The translations under genes and the position numbers were made by a program. Below are positions 47,878 through 57,099 of a DNA stretch of 64,000 bases, piece after piece. Location of the stretch: the UHGV virus genome UHGV-0210098. One strand, 5' to 3'. Each line of letters begins with the position of its first letter. The stretch's first letter is position 1. The notes beneath the pieces are model-generated. The model worked only from the letters and a program-made list of their open reading frames with translations. It was not told the origin of the DNA and ran no database searches. This DNA comes from a virus.

Positions 47878-48390
47878 ATGGAACAGAAAAAGACCATTAC
47901 AGTAACGCTTGAGTCGAAGGAAATCAAGTTTGATGTGATGAACAAATCGCACCTCACCGGCCAAGCGCGGAACGCAGAGGGCAAGGACTATCGTTCCACG
48001 GCCTATATGCAAGCGAGTGAGGACGATGAACACGCCTATCAGATACTCCGCTCCATCAGCAATGCTTTTTCGCATCTGAAGGTGGAACTCGGCGAGTACC
48101 TGCATGAGGACGGCTCGACCTCCAACAACCGCATCAACAAGGCCGTGGAGGACGGAGACAAGTTGCAGCTTTCATTCCTTCTGCCATCAAACTTCAACAA
48201 CTCGGCTTGCGACAGCCTCGGCGGTATGCTCCACGAGTATATCGTAGACCGTACCCTTTCCGAATGGTTTGTAATCACCAACAAGGAAGATGCACAGAGC
48301 TACGCCAACCTCGCCACTGATGCCCTCGACAGAGCCAAACAAGCCCTCTATAAGAGGGAAAGACCCACACGTCCAACTTATACTGATTAA
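47878..48390 (+). CDS. Paralog 2 of the tandem family (170 aa)
   Basis: SEWFVITNKEDAQSYANLATDALDRAKQALYKRERPTRPTYTD parallels the C-terminus of paralog 1. Confidence 0.5.
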   Translation: MEQKKTITVTLESKEIKFDVMNKSHLTGQARNAEGKDYRSTAYMQASEDDEHAYQILRSISNAFSHLKVELGEYLHEDGSTSNNRINKAVEDGDKLQLSFLLPSNFNNSACDSLGGMLHEYIVDRTLSEWFVITNKEDAQSYANLATDALDRAKQALYKRERPTRPTYTD

Positions 48391-48393
48391 GCC

Positions 48394-48951
48394 ATGTACC
48401 ATATCGGATGCAGCGAGGACTGCTACAACAGCGATGCAGGGAGCAGTAAGGCCACTAAGAAGGTCACATTGACATTCAAACGTGATGAGCTGCTGTACGA
48501 CATCAAGAACTACGCCTATATCGAGGGACACGTGTGGGGCGAAGAAAACCAACACGCCCAGCACACCCTCGTTGAAATTGGCGAAGAGGGAAATGTCGAC
48601 CGTGTGAACCGCATACTCGGTGTAGTCCACGCCGCAGCCGTTGAAATGCTTTATCCGTACACCAAGCAAGACCCGGAGGAGGAAGAAGAAATCGACGACC
48701 GTATGTGGGCACCGACAGACTACAAGATAGTCATGAAAGTACCGGTCACGATGTCACGCACCACTCTCCACCTGCTTAACAAACTCATCCATGAGTTTAT
48801 GGTTTATCGTGTGATTTATGATTGGCTAAGCATCACGCACCCCGAAGCCGCGCGAAATTGGCTCGACAAGGCACTCGAAGCCCAGGAGGAAATAAACAGT
48901 GTCAAGAACAGCCGCACAGGTGTGTTGAGGCGACCATCGCACCCATTTTAA
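48394..48951 (+). CDS. Paralog 3 of the tandem family (185 aa), more diverged
   Basis: IHEFMVYRVIYDWLSITHPEAARNWLDKALEAQEE...VLRRPSHPF gives the same architecture, with a terminal basic-Pro motif. Confidence 0.45.
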   Translation: MYHIGCSEDCYNSDAGSSKATKKVTLTFKRDELLYDIKNYAYIEGHVWGEENQHAQHTLVEIGEEGNVDRVNRILGVVHAAAVEMLYPYTKQDPEEEEEIDDRMWAPTDYKIVMKVPVTMSRTTLHLLNKLIHEFMVYRVIYDWLSITHPEAARNWLDKALEAQEEINSVKNSRTGVLRRPSHPF

Positions 48952-48993
48952 GATTTACCTATCCGGGGCAACCCGGAACTACCCGACAAGGAC

Positions 48994-49031
48994 GAGAGCC
49001 GAGACGCATCACGCGCCCCGGCTCTCTTTTT
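48994..49031. terminator. Bidirectional rho-independent terminator between convergent gene blocks
   Basis: GAGAGCCG (48994-49001) ... CGGCTCTC (49019-49026) followed by TTTTT. It sits between the + gene ending at 48951 and the - gene ending at 49072. Confidence 0.6.
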
Positions 49032-49071
49032 ACAATCTTTTTACCTAATACTAATTCTACCTATGTATGTC

Positions 49072-51909
49072 TTATCTTGGTTGATTGGTCAATCGTGGCG
49101 TGAACTGCAGAGAAGCCCCGAAGATACTCTCATCGGGAGAAAGATTGCAGAGCAACGCGATACGGAAATACTTGTAGGGAGTGCCACGGAAACCTCGCAG
49201 GTAGTGGTCTTTGCTCGACCATACCAAATGCCAATTATAGAGGTCGCGAGAGCCGTAGAGGACAGACTGAACGTGTCCCTTTTGGAAGTGGCCGCGCTGT
49301 ATAACCGTGTCCATTGTCTTGAGAACATCCGGCGTTTCAAGTTTGATAGGACGGGTAACGAATAATCCCTTTGTCGCCTCACCCTCCATAGCGGAGAAAT
49401 TCAGTAATGCGCCGTCATGGTCCACGGCCAATGCTTCCGGGTAAGAATTGATGCCGGCCTCGATTGTGGAATACATCATGCCCCATTCCTTAGACTTTAG
49501 GGAATAAACATAAGCATAGGTGTAATGAGGGTTATATACAATCACTCGTTGATGCACATAGTCGTAGAGCATACCGCACTCAGCAATAAACTCCAAGAAA
49601 GGAGCGGTCGGCAGACAGGTGTCAGCATTATGGCCGAGCATCGAGTGAAGTTTTGCCATGCCGGGGAGCTGCAATACATCGAAAGGCTCTTTGGAGTTGA
49701 TAACATCAGTTATACATTGTGTTTGCGAACCGGAAATAAGCATGATGCCTCTATCTGTCGCGAAAAGCACAGCATTATCCATCTGCAAAGGTTCAGTATC
49801 ATTGAGAATAACATCGCGTGTTATAGGTTGTTTTGCTGAATACGAACCAGTAGAAGATACCTCCAATGCCCAAACTCCTTCATCGGTAAACGCATATAGT
49901 GGAAATTGTCCGAACTGTCCCTCTGAAAGAGCCTTTGCAGCCGTACAAATGCCAAGTATCTTACCTGTCCCTACTGTATTTATGCCAAGCAAAGGAAAAT
50001 AGAACGGATTATTTACTTCTGAGGTATATATTTTATTTATTGAATTTATAAAGGTTGTACTATTTTCTGTAGAACTATAAAAATTTTCCGATGAATTACG
50101 TATCAAATCGTAATCAAGCAAAGCATAGGCACCATTCAAAAAGTCGTGAGGTAGCAAATTTATGTCGTAACATTTTCCATTTTGTACTCCGGAATTATAC
50201 CCTAAAGGAACTATTCTCATCTTATATGCGTTGACATTAGGATAAAAAAAGTAACATCCCCACGACTCGCCTCTATTAAGACTGTTTCCCTCATCAGTCA
50301 AAAAGTTGCACAAGACTTTATCATAACTTCCATTGCAACAGACAGTCTTATCCTCTCCATTCTCTTTAATATAAACAATGATAGAGTATCTGTCAGTCAA
50401 ATGTGACCAATTTATTGTAGGACGAGATAATTCTATCGTTGTTCCATTTATACGGAAGTTCATTCTCGTATTACAAAAAGACAACATAGAAGACATCTGA
50501 AATCCTTTGAAAAGTTGCCTTTTAATATTTGCAAAATTTATACGACTGTTATAACAGAAGGTGTATTTCGGAACTATTCTGTCATGTGTTTGATAATCAT
50601 CTGTCATGACCTCTCTTGTAACGAGAGATTGTAAATAATCCTCCTTTACAGGTATTACTTTACGTTCACGACTCAAATCTGAAAGTTTTATAGAATGCAA
50701 TAAATAAAACGAATTGCAACTCTTTATTCCTTCAGCATTTTTCTCGTTACTATATTCGGGAAGCCTAAACACGCTCCAAGGACGCTTTCTGTTAGCGGAG
50801 AAATACATTGCATAAATTTGCTCATACAGCCATTGATTATAATAACTATCTAACAATTCTGCACCCGAAACAGGAGAAAGGACTTTGTCGTCAGCAATAG
50901 AACCGCTTTGTCCATTTGACAATAGTCTACCTACAAAAACAGAGTCAAAGTCATTACTGTCTTTACAGGATTTGATTTTACCGTTTTGGTCATAAGGGTA
51001 AATAGGCTTTGAAATAAATATATCAACGCTTTTCACAATATCTCCCCATTGGTCTATATCGTCTGATGTGACATTATCATACGCATAATCCAAGTCACAA
51101 GCCACAAGCATCATATTGCATACCGCATTCTTAACTCCCGTATTTGTATCACTACTATATGCCTCTGTCCAATATACAATAGGGTTGTTAGTCGTACAAG
51201 GGCTCATCAAAATTGGAGCAGAGTGCATAACCAAAGAACCGTCATATAACCTTAATCCATAGCGTACGAAAAAAGGCAACGCAAAACGTCCTTTATTCAC
51301 AGATTGTTCTGCAAGGAATTTATTAACCTTTGCCATAATCTGTTCTGTAATTTGGTTTTTCTGCGTATCAGGAAATTCTCCAAGCATGTCACTAACTTTC
51401 ATTTCATTAAAAGTAATAGTGAACGTAGATTTGCTTGAGTCGGATTTAGAAAACAAACGAGGATGTCCTTGCAGACCGAAAGACAAGTTTATTTCGGGAA
51501 GATGCCGGCCAAGATTTGTATATTTTGTGCCATTCCAAAGGCAATAATATACTGTATCATTTGCCACCATAACAAGGGTATTACCTATTGAATTAACAGA
51601 TAATACCTCTAATGTCGTCAAGATTAAAATCCTTTCTTTATTCTTGCTTTCCCCATCATAATACCACAACTCATTATAGTATTGTTCGGCATTAAATCGT
51701 AGATAAATGTAATGTGTAAATGCAGATGTTTTGTGGATGTGAAAGAACCTCAACAGCCCTTCTATCCGCAGTTCTTCTATTGGAGCAAGAATTGGCTTTA
51801 TTTGACTCTCCTCACTTATAAGATTGAGTGATGCGGCGAGTTCACCATCATGACATTCATAGTCGGACGGTTGTGCCGTATAACCATTGTATTTTATATC
51901 TTTTATCAT
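49072..51909 (-). CDS. Large hypothetical protein (945 aa), last gene of the minus-strand block, with an AT-rich central portion
   Basis: Long clean ORF with no recognisable catalytic motifs. The region from about 49960 to 51800 is visibly AT-rich compared with its neighbours. Confidence 0.6.
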   Translation of the reverse strand: MIKDIKYNGYTAQPSDYECHDGELAASLNLISEESQIKPILAPIEELRIEGLLRFFHIHKTSAFTHYIYLRFNAEQYYNELWYYDGESKNKERILILTTLEVLSVNSIGNTLVMVANDTVYYCLWNGTKYTNLGRHLPEINLSFGLQGHPRLFSKSDSSKSTFTITFNEMKVSDMLGEFPDTQKNQITEQIMAKVNKFLAEQSVNKGRFALPFFVRYGLRLYDGSLVMHSAPILMSPCTTNNPIVYWTEAYSSDTNTGVKNAVCNMMLVACDLDYAYDNVTSDDIDQWGDIVKSVDIFISKPIYPYDQNGKIKSCKDSNDFDSVFVGRLLSNGQSGSIADDKVLSPVSGAELLDSYYNQWLYEQIYAMYFSANRKRPWSVFRLPEYSNEKNAEGIKSCNSFYLLHSIKLSDLSRERKVIPVKEDYLQSLVTREVMTDDYQTHDRIVPKYTFCYNSRINFANIKRQLFKGFQMSSMLSFCNTRMNFRINGTTIELSRPTINWSHLTDRYSIIVYIKENGEDKTVCCNGSYDKVLCNFLTDEGNSLNRGESWGCYFFYPNVNAYKMRIVPLGYNSGVQNGKCYDINLLPHDFLNGAYALLDYDLIRNSSENFYSSTENSTTFINSINKIYTSEVNNPFYFPLLGINTVGTGKILGICTAAKALSEGQFGQFPLYAFTDEGVWALEVSSTGSYSAKQPITRDVILNDTEPLQMDNAVLFATDRGIMLISGSQTQCITDVINSKEPFDVLQLPGMAKLHSMLGHNADTCLPTAPFLEFIAECGMLYDYVHQRVIVYNPHYTYAYVYSLKSKEWGMMYSTIEAGINSYPEALAVDHDGALLNFSAMEGEATKGLFVTRPIKLETPDVLKTMDTVIQRGHFQKGHVQSVLYGSRDLYNWHLVWSSKDHYLRGFRGTPYKYFRIALLCNLSPDESIFGASLQFTPRLTNQPR

Positions 51910-52286
51910 AACGAGCTGCGGTATATGATTGTGATGTACTTAATGTTGTCGCGTATAACCTCCATGCCGCAGGGACAACGCAAACGAGTTCCCTTTACTT
52001 CGGCACCGGAAAGGACAGCCCTTGCCAACTTCTTGGAGCAGGTGCGGAACGTGCCTTTTCCGTGAGCCGTAGCCCATACACGTCCTATGTGCCGACCTGT
52101 ATATTGGCCGGCACGTAGTTTGACATAGAGGTAGAGTTCGCCATACTCATACGCAATGTCTATCACATCGCCAACGGACAGTGATAGTTTCCGGGCAACG
52201 TGGGCTGATATATCAATCTGGCCGGAGGCATCGAATGATATGTCGTGCTTGCGAGAGTTTGACAATATACTTTTCATCATTGGCAA
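51906..52286 (-). CDS. Hypothetical protein (126 aa)
   Basis: ORF whose stop overlaps the next gene's start (atga), indicating a coupled operon. No motif was recognised. Confidence 0.45.
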   Translation of the reverse strand: MPMMKSILSNSRKHDISFDASGQIDISAHVARKLSLSVGDVIDIAYEYGELYLYVKLRAGQYTGRHIGRVWATAHGKGTFRTCSKKLARAVLSGAEVKGTRLRCPCGMEVIRDNIKYITIIYRSSL

Positions 52287-52315
52287 AATTAGTTAGGATG
52301 ATTGGTAAACCCACG

Positions 52316-52510
52316 TTAAGTTGTGGGAGAGAATAAATTTGGTTGTTGCGGTTCTGTGTAGCCTAAATCGCGTACACGCTTAATCTCCGCGTCTATCTCG
52401 GCCTCGAGAGCCTTAGACTTGCGCAGGACATCATGCGACCGGGTGCGGAAATACTCTTTTTGCGACTCGCGCATGAGAGCAACCTTTTCAAAGAATTGTC
52501 GTTTGTTCAT
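52316..52510 (-). CDS. Hypothetical small protein (64 aa)
   Basis: ORF only; charged and helical. Confidence 0.3.
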   Translation of the reverse strand: MNKRQFFEKVALMRESQKEYFRTRSHDVLRKSKALEAEIDAEIKRVRDLGYTEPQQPNLFSPTT

Positions 52511-52512
52511 TG

Positions 52513-52698
52513 TTACGCAACGTTTTTATGATGATGTCTCTCGATTTCTGCACATAGAGCCTCGCACCAGGAGCGAGCCATATTTACCTCAACTGCATTT
52601 CCGATGAATTTCTTTTTGTCGGCCTGTGTACCTATCAGCACATAGTCCTCGGGGAAGCCCATTATCAACTTCAACTCTGTTTCTTTGAGCATCCGCAT
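52513..52698 (-). pseudogene. C-terminal remnant (61 aa) of a C5-cytosine DNA methyltransferase
   Basis: ELKLIMGFPEDYVLIG......KFIGNAVEVNMA matches C5-MTase motifs IX and X (R.L...E..RLQGFPD..F.G......QIGNAV). No motif I-VIII coding sequence lies upstream; the upstream space is only about 70 nt before the next gene. Confidence 0.5.
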
Positions 52699-52767
52699 CG
52701 TTATGTCAATGATATTTTTCCATTTGGTTGAAAATAAAATCAGCCAAAGAATATCCGTTACTTTTAC

Positions 52768-53097
52768 TCATTTCGTCAGATACTTCCACCAAGAATAATG
52801 TTTGCGATAGTCGAGGTAAGTTGTGCGATACTGATTGGAGTACGCCTCACGCTCAAAGCTGATGTTTCTATATGCCATGTGGCTGTCAAGATACTGTATG
52901 AGCCGGACGATCCATTCAACGAAATACCACACATAGAAAAACACATAGGCCATTTCACGCATCTGTGCGGTATGGATGCACTCATGCCTCATGTCGGAGG
53001 CCGTCATTACGCTATGTTTGCGGACGAACAGCACTCCGAAAAGGTTTATCGCCTTGAAACCCTCAAAGGGGATGATGTTGTTATAGATTATCTTCAT
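52768..53097 (-). CDS. Hypothetical protein (109 aa) with an HExxH motif (HECIH)
   Basis: DMRHECIHTAQMRE, a minimal zincin-type motif. It is aromatic-rich. Tentative. Confidence 0.35.
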   Translation of the reverse strand: MKIIYNNIIPFEGFKAINLFGVLFVRKHSVMTASDMRHECIHTAQMREMAYVFFYVWYFVEWIVRLIQYLDSHMAYRNISFEREAYSNQYRTTYLDYRKHYSWWKYLTK

Positions 53098-53794
53098 TGT
53101 CGTTATTAAAAAGGTTCGGTTCTTGTTGGAATTTCATAATACGTTCTCTGGCCGCAGTGTAATAGTGAGCATCTTTTTCTATGCCAAGTAAAGAATAGCC
53201 TAAACTCTCACAGGCGATTGCTATGCTACCACTACCAAGATGTGTGTCAAGTATTGTCCACTTTTCTTTTGCGAATTTAGTCAATAGCCACGCATAAAGG
53301 GCTACCGGCTTCTGAGTCGGATGTATTCTTTTCTCGTTCAGTTTCTTATTACCCTGCATGATGCGTCCCTCTGACATACTTTTCCCTTGCAGCATACCAT
53401 TCCACATAAATGGAAATAGTCTAACAGAAGTAAACAGATTTGTAGCAGCAATCTCACAATCTGAGAAAGAGGATAAACCATTACATTTGTCCCAAACAAT
53501 CCGTCCCGGAGCAAAGATGTAGTCGAAGTAGTTACATCCCCAAACGATATAATACTGTGCGACTCGCTGCAATTCATCAAAATATTCTGTTGTTGGAACT
53601 TCCCATTTTTCTGATTTCTCATATAACCGTTTCACACCGATATTGCTAATACGGCAACCGTAAAACATTCGGCGTTCGGGTCCCGAATAATACGGAGGGT
53701 CTACGATTGCAAGGTCAAAGGACTTGTCGGGCATATCTTTCAATACGTCCATACAATCACCCAAGTGCAATGTTATATTTTTGAGTTGTTCCAT
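53081..53794 (-). CDS. DNA amino-methyltransferase (N6-adenine or N4-cytosine, beta class)
   Basis: FDLAIVDPPYY (DPPY motif IV) and a C-terminal AdoMet site HPTQKPVAL ... ILDTHLGSGSIAIA (motif I FxGxG). Confidence 0.8.
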   Translation of the reverse strand: MEQLKNITLHLGDCMDVLKDMPDKSFDLAIVDPPYYSGPERRMFYGCRISNIGVKRLYEKSEKWEVPTTEYFDELQRVAQYYIVWGCNYFDYIFAPGRIVWDKCNGLSSFSDCEIAATNLFTSVRLFPFMWNGMLQGKSMSEGRIMQGNKKLNEKRIHPTQKPVALYAWLLTKFAKEKWTILDTHLGSGSIAIACESLGYSLLGIEKDAHYYTAARERIMKFQQEPNLFNNDNEDNL

Positions 53795-54280
53795 TTATTT
53801 CAGTTTCTCACTCAAACGGTTCATCTTGAAATCCAACCATTGCCCAACGCATTTCACACCATAGATTTGCGCCATCTGTAAGCACATAATCATGACATCG
53901 GCAATCTCCTCGCAGACATGGTGGTTTTTATCACGGCCACGAGAGTGTTTACAGATAGCGTCCTGCAGTTCGGCCATTTCCTCGAACAACATCAGCGTTT
54001 GGGCATCCTTGCCGTATGTCTGAATGGCAAACCGGATGGTTTCGTCAGTACCATTCGTGCATATCTGCTGAAGAATATCCGATACAGGACATCCGTAAGG
54101 CGTGGCCGGGTCGGCGGTGTGAGTGTCGCTTTCTTCTGTTGCGGCCAGCCTCATCTTTGCATCATGCCGGCTCTGACGAGTGAGTTCCGCAACACATTTC
54201 TTGCAGCGGTGCCGGTAAGACTTCGACATATCAGATTGAGGAACATACTCCCCACAGATTTCACATTGTACTTTTTTCAT
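53795..54280 (-). CDS. Zn-ribbon plus MazG-like NTP pyrophosphohydrolase domain protein (161 aa)
   Basis: N-terminal CEICGE...CKKC. The C-terminal LFEEMAELQDAI...EEIADVMIMCLQMA resembles the MazG/HisE all-alpha NTP-PPase EExxE motifs. Confidence 0.4.
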   Translation of the reverse strand: MKKVQCEICGEYVPQSDMSKSYRHRCKKCVAELTRQSRHDAKMRLAATEESDTHTADPATPYGCPVSDILQQICTNGTDETIRFAIQTYGKDAQTLMLFEEMAELQDAICKHSRGRDKNHHVCEEIADVMIMCLQMAQIYGVKCVGQWLDFKMNRLSEKLK

Positions 54281-54292
54281 ATTTTTGCTTGT

Positions 54293-55183
54293 TTATCTCC
54301 GGCTTTCGCCACCGAGAGGAATTACATTATAGGTTTTGAAGCGGTCAATCAGTCGCCCGAAGCCGTCCGCATATTTCTTTTTGAGTTGCTCAATGGAAAG
54401 GTTTGTCGTTACGTGTGCCTTGAGGTGATACTGCGACCAAATTTCATTACGCGCATGGAGAAATTCATCGGTCAGCACCTTTGTATCCATGCCGTAAAAG
54501 GTGGTTGTCTGTACTCCGATGTCGTTGAGGCAGATATTGACCGGCTTACACTGAAAACCTTTGTTCTCCTCCTCGTTGAATGTGTATCGGTCGAGGTTGT
54601 TGTGCAACGTGTAGTAGTTTATCATCTGCGTAACCGATAGGTTATAGAAGAAGTTAGGGTTGCCTGTGTAGTGCAGGTATTCCGAGAAAATCTCCATCAA
54701 TAGCGTTTTGCCGGTGCCGACATTGCCATGCAACATGATATGCTTGTGCAGCTTGTAACCACGCTCGGGAAATACTTTCTCAGCGAGCGGACAATCGTTG
54801 AAGTAATACAGGAGGAAGCGCAGCACATCACGGTTATTGTCGTCAATGACAAACTTACGATGCTGATACGCGAGTACCTTGTTGGCTATCGTGACGAGCA
54901 ACCTTGCGTGTGCTTGGTACACCTCCGGGATTTCAAGGAGCTGCCGTTTCTGTTCTGCCTTTCGCACATCATTGAGTACGCGAGCCATGACGGTCTCAAC
55001 AGACGAGACACCCATATTGACAAGGGCAGCGCGTTTCCGTTCCTCCTCGGTCTTAGGTTCTGCGGCCATACGCTTTTCATGTTCCTGTTGTGCAATCTTC
55101 AAGGCTTCTCTGTCGGCACGTTCTTTGCGTGCGGCCTCATCACGAGCCACCCAATCCTGCATTATATCTCCAAACTTTTCCAT
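54293..55183 (-). CDS. DnaC/IstB-like AAA+ helicase-loader ATPase
   Basis: Walker A IMLHGNVGTGKTLLM. The size and the position next to a DnaD-like gene fit a phage replication module. Confidence 0.65.
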   Translation of the reverse strand: MEKFGDIMQDWVARDEAARKERADREALKIAQQEHEKRMAAEPKTEEERKRAALVNMGVSSVETVMARVLNDVRKAEQKRQLLEIPEVYQAHARLLVTIANKVLAYQHRKFVIDDNNRDVLRFLLYYFNDCPLAEKVFPERGYKLHKHIMLHGNVGTGKTLLMEIFSEYLHYTGNPNFFYNLSVTQMINYYTLHNNLDRYTFNEEENKGFQCKPVNICLNDIGVQTTTFYGMDTKVLTDEFLHARNEIWSQYHLKAHVTTNLSIEQLKKKYADGFGRLIDRFKTYNVIPLGGESRR

Positions 55184-55185
55184 AA

Positions 55186-56007
55186 TCAGATGTCTTGTCC
55201 ACCAAAGCCACCACCAAAGGAGTAATCTGTGGGTGCGGCCTCCGCCTGTTTGTTATTATTCTGTGCCTCTGTCTTATCGCGGCTCTTAATCCTCATTGAA
55301 GATATGAGGTGACGCGACCAATCGCTATAATCACGATGTGCTGTATCTGATAACTCCCATTCGGCCACAACTGCATCGGCCAACGTGCGCAAGCGGTCTA
55401 TATCACCGGGGCCAAATCCGAAGTTCTTGCATAACAGTTGCAGGTTTGCACTGTGATTGTTGGCGAAGAACTCTTTTAGCCATTCTGCATTGCTGTCAGA
55501 TGTTTGTTGCACGGCAGGTGCTTTAGGTTCGGGCGGAGGTGCCACCGGCGGTTTGGGAGTTGTCTGTTTCTCTGCCTTTGCAGGTTTAGCAGCCGCTTTG
55601 CTTGCAGCCTTTTGGCGAGGCTCATCCGCTAACAAGGAATACTTGTCAATCCGGCTCATGCGCTTGTTGAGGCGTTGAATGTTGCAATAGCGAACCTGAA
55701 TACCTTTTGATGTCAAGACTTTCTCTGTTTCATACAGATTTTTGTCAAACACCCCCAACGCCAGGCAGGTGTTAATAACTTCCGATACATACGCCTCATC
55801 AAAGCCCGATATTTCCGAACCAATGAAAGGCAACTCATCATCCCACTGCATGAAGTACCCATTTTTGTAGATAAGACAGAGCAGGAGAGCATATACCGTA
55901 ACAGCTTTGCCACCTTGACGCTTGATTAGTTTGCGTATCTTGATGTCCTGGAAGAAGTCTATATCAAAGGGGAAGTATTCAAGCCCCGATTTTGCTATTC
56001 GTGCCAT
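55186..56007 (-). CDS. Putative replication initiator / replisome organiser (N-terminal Lin1244/DnaD-like domain)
   Basis: The N-terminus MARIAKSGLEYFPFDIDFFQDIKIRKL...AVTVYALLLCLIYKNGYF is characteristic of phage DnaD-like replisome organisers. It has an Ala/Pro/Lys-rich linker. Confidence 0.45.
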   Translation of the reverse strand: MARIAKSGLEYFPFDIDFFQDIKIRKLIKRQGGKAVTVYALLLCLIYKNGYFMQWDDELPFIGSEISGFDEAYVSEVINTCLALGVFDKNLYETEKVLTSKGIQVRYCNIQRLNKRMSRIDKYSLLADEPRQKAASKAAAKPAKAEKQTTPKPPVAPPPEPKAPAVQQTSDSNAEWLKEFFANNHSANLQLLCKNFGFGPGDIDRLRTLADAVVAEWELSDTAHRDYSDWSRHLISSMRIKSRDKTEAQNNNKQAEAAPTDYSFGGGFGGQDI

Positions 56008-56018
56008 AGCCGTACTGA

Positions 56019-56411
56019 TTAAATTTCTACGATTGATATTCCATGAACATGGAGCATCAACTTTCGTTTGATTACATATTCTTTTGTGCGGACTCCCTTT
56101 GTGTCCTCGACCACCGTAACGCCACCACGGTCATAGACGAAGTCGGCGTAGTAGGAACACTCCCTTTCCAAAAGGTTTCCATTGGTGTCGCGTTGCGCAG
56201 GGATAAGCACATACTTAACTTGCTCGCGGAGATTAGAGATAAGGCCGGCGCGTTGCATCATCTTCAGTTCGTTGGCACGGCGGTGTTCTTTTCGGGAGTC
56301 GTAGCCGCCGGACTTCTTGGCACCGTACTTGCTGTGCTTGGTGGACGGTGGTGCAACACGCATAGCCTTAAATTCGTCAATCGTCATCGCTCTTTGGTTG
56401 AGATTTATCAA
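56019..56411 (-). CDS. DUF1064-like phage protein (130 aa), putative endonuclease-fold
   Basis: SKYGAKKSGGYDSRKEHRRANELKMMQRAGLISNLREQVKYVLIP...ADFVY is the pattern seen in the DUF1064 family. Recalled from memory. Confidence 0.35.
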   Translation of the reverse strand: MINLNQRAMTIDEFKAMRVAPPSTKHSKYGAKKSGGYDSRKEHRRANELKMMQRAGLISNLREQVKYVLIPAQRDTNGNLLERECSYYADFVYDRGGVTVVEDTKGVRTKEYVIKRKLMLHVHGISIVEI

Positions 56412-57099
56412 CGAGAACAGTTTCCGGGACTATCTCAGTGCCGTCCGGCCCCATGACTTTGGCAGATACTTTCATGCCATCGGGGACGGTGTTACGGAAA
56501 TTCTTTGCTGCACGTTGCAGTTTCTTGTCAGAAGTAACAGCATCCAATATGGCTTTTGTCGTTCTCTTGGAATTAACAGACTTAACTCCTACGGACTTGG
56601 TGCCGTCAGCGGAATAGACATACACGTCCATGATGCGTGTTTCATCGAGTGTCGCAATCTCATAATCGGCCATTGTTCCTTTCATGTGAGAAACCAAAGT
56701 GTCGTGTGCTGCTTTGACAGAACCGGCATTGATGATATAATGAACAGCCTGTTTCTTCTCCTTTCCTGTCTTTTCATCTACCAATATGAGATTGATTTTA
56801 GCCTTGAACCATTTGTCTGCCACCTCGGACGCACGAGAGTTGGCGCGCGTGAGTTTCTGAACATTTGCGTCCGTTTCAGAATTAAGATTGTACTCGTCAA
56901 ATACAATTTCAGAGTAATTTGTGCGCTTGATAGTAACGACATCAAACTCGCCGGAGATAAACGGTGTTACCTCACTGATTATTCTCGCCTCTGCCTCTGT
57001 GAATGTCAAAGCGTCCACCAAGTAGAGTTCCGTTACTTTCTTTACCATGCCGTTCTCCATCATCTTGTCGAACCGCACACCACATTCATAGAGCATCAT
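56377..57099 (-). CDS. Hypothetical protein (about 230 aa) in the replication block
   Basis: Clean ORF. The 5' end overlaps the downstream gene, so the true start is probably an internal Met. Confidence 0.45.
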   Translation of the reverse strand: MMLYECGVRFDKMMENGMVKKVTELYLVDALTFTEAEARIISEVTPFISGEFDVVTIKRTNYSEIVFDEYNLNSETDANVQKLTRANSRASEVADKWFKAKINLILVDEKTGKEKKQAVHYIINAGSVKAAHDTLVSHMKGTMADYEIATLDETRIMDVYVYSADGTKSVGVKSVNSKRTTKAILDAVTSDKKLQRAAKNFRNTVPDGMKVSAKVMGPDGTEIVPETVLVDKSQPKSDDD

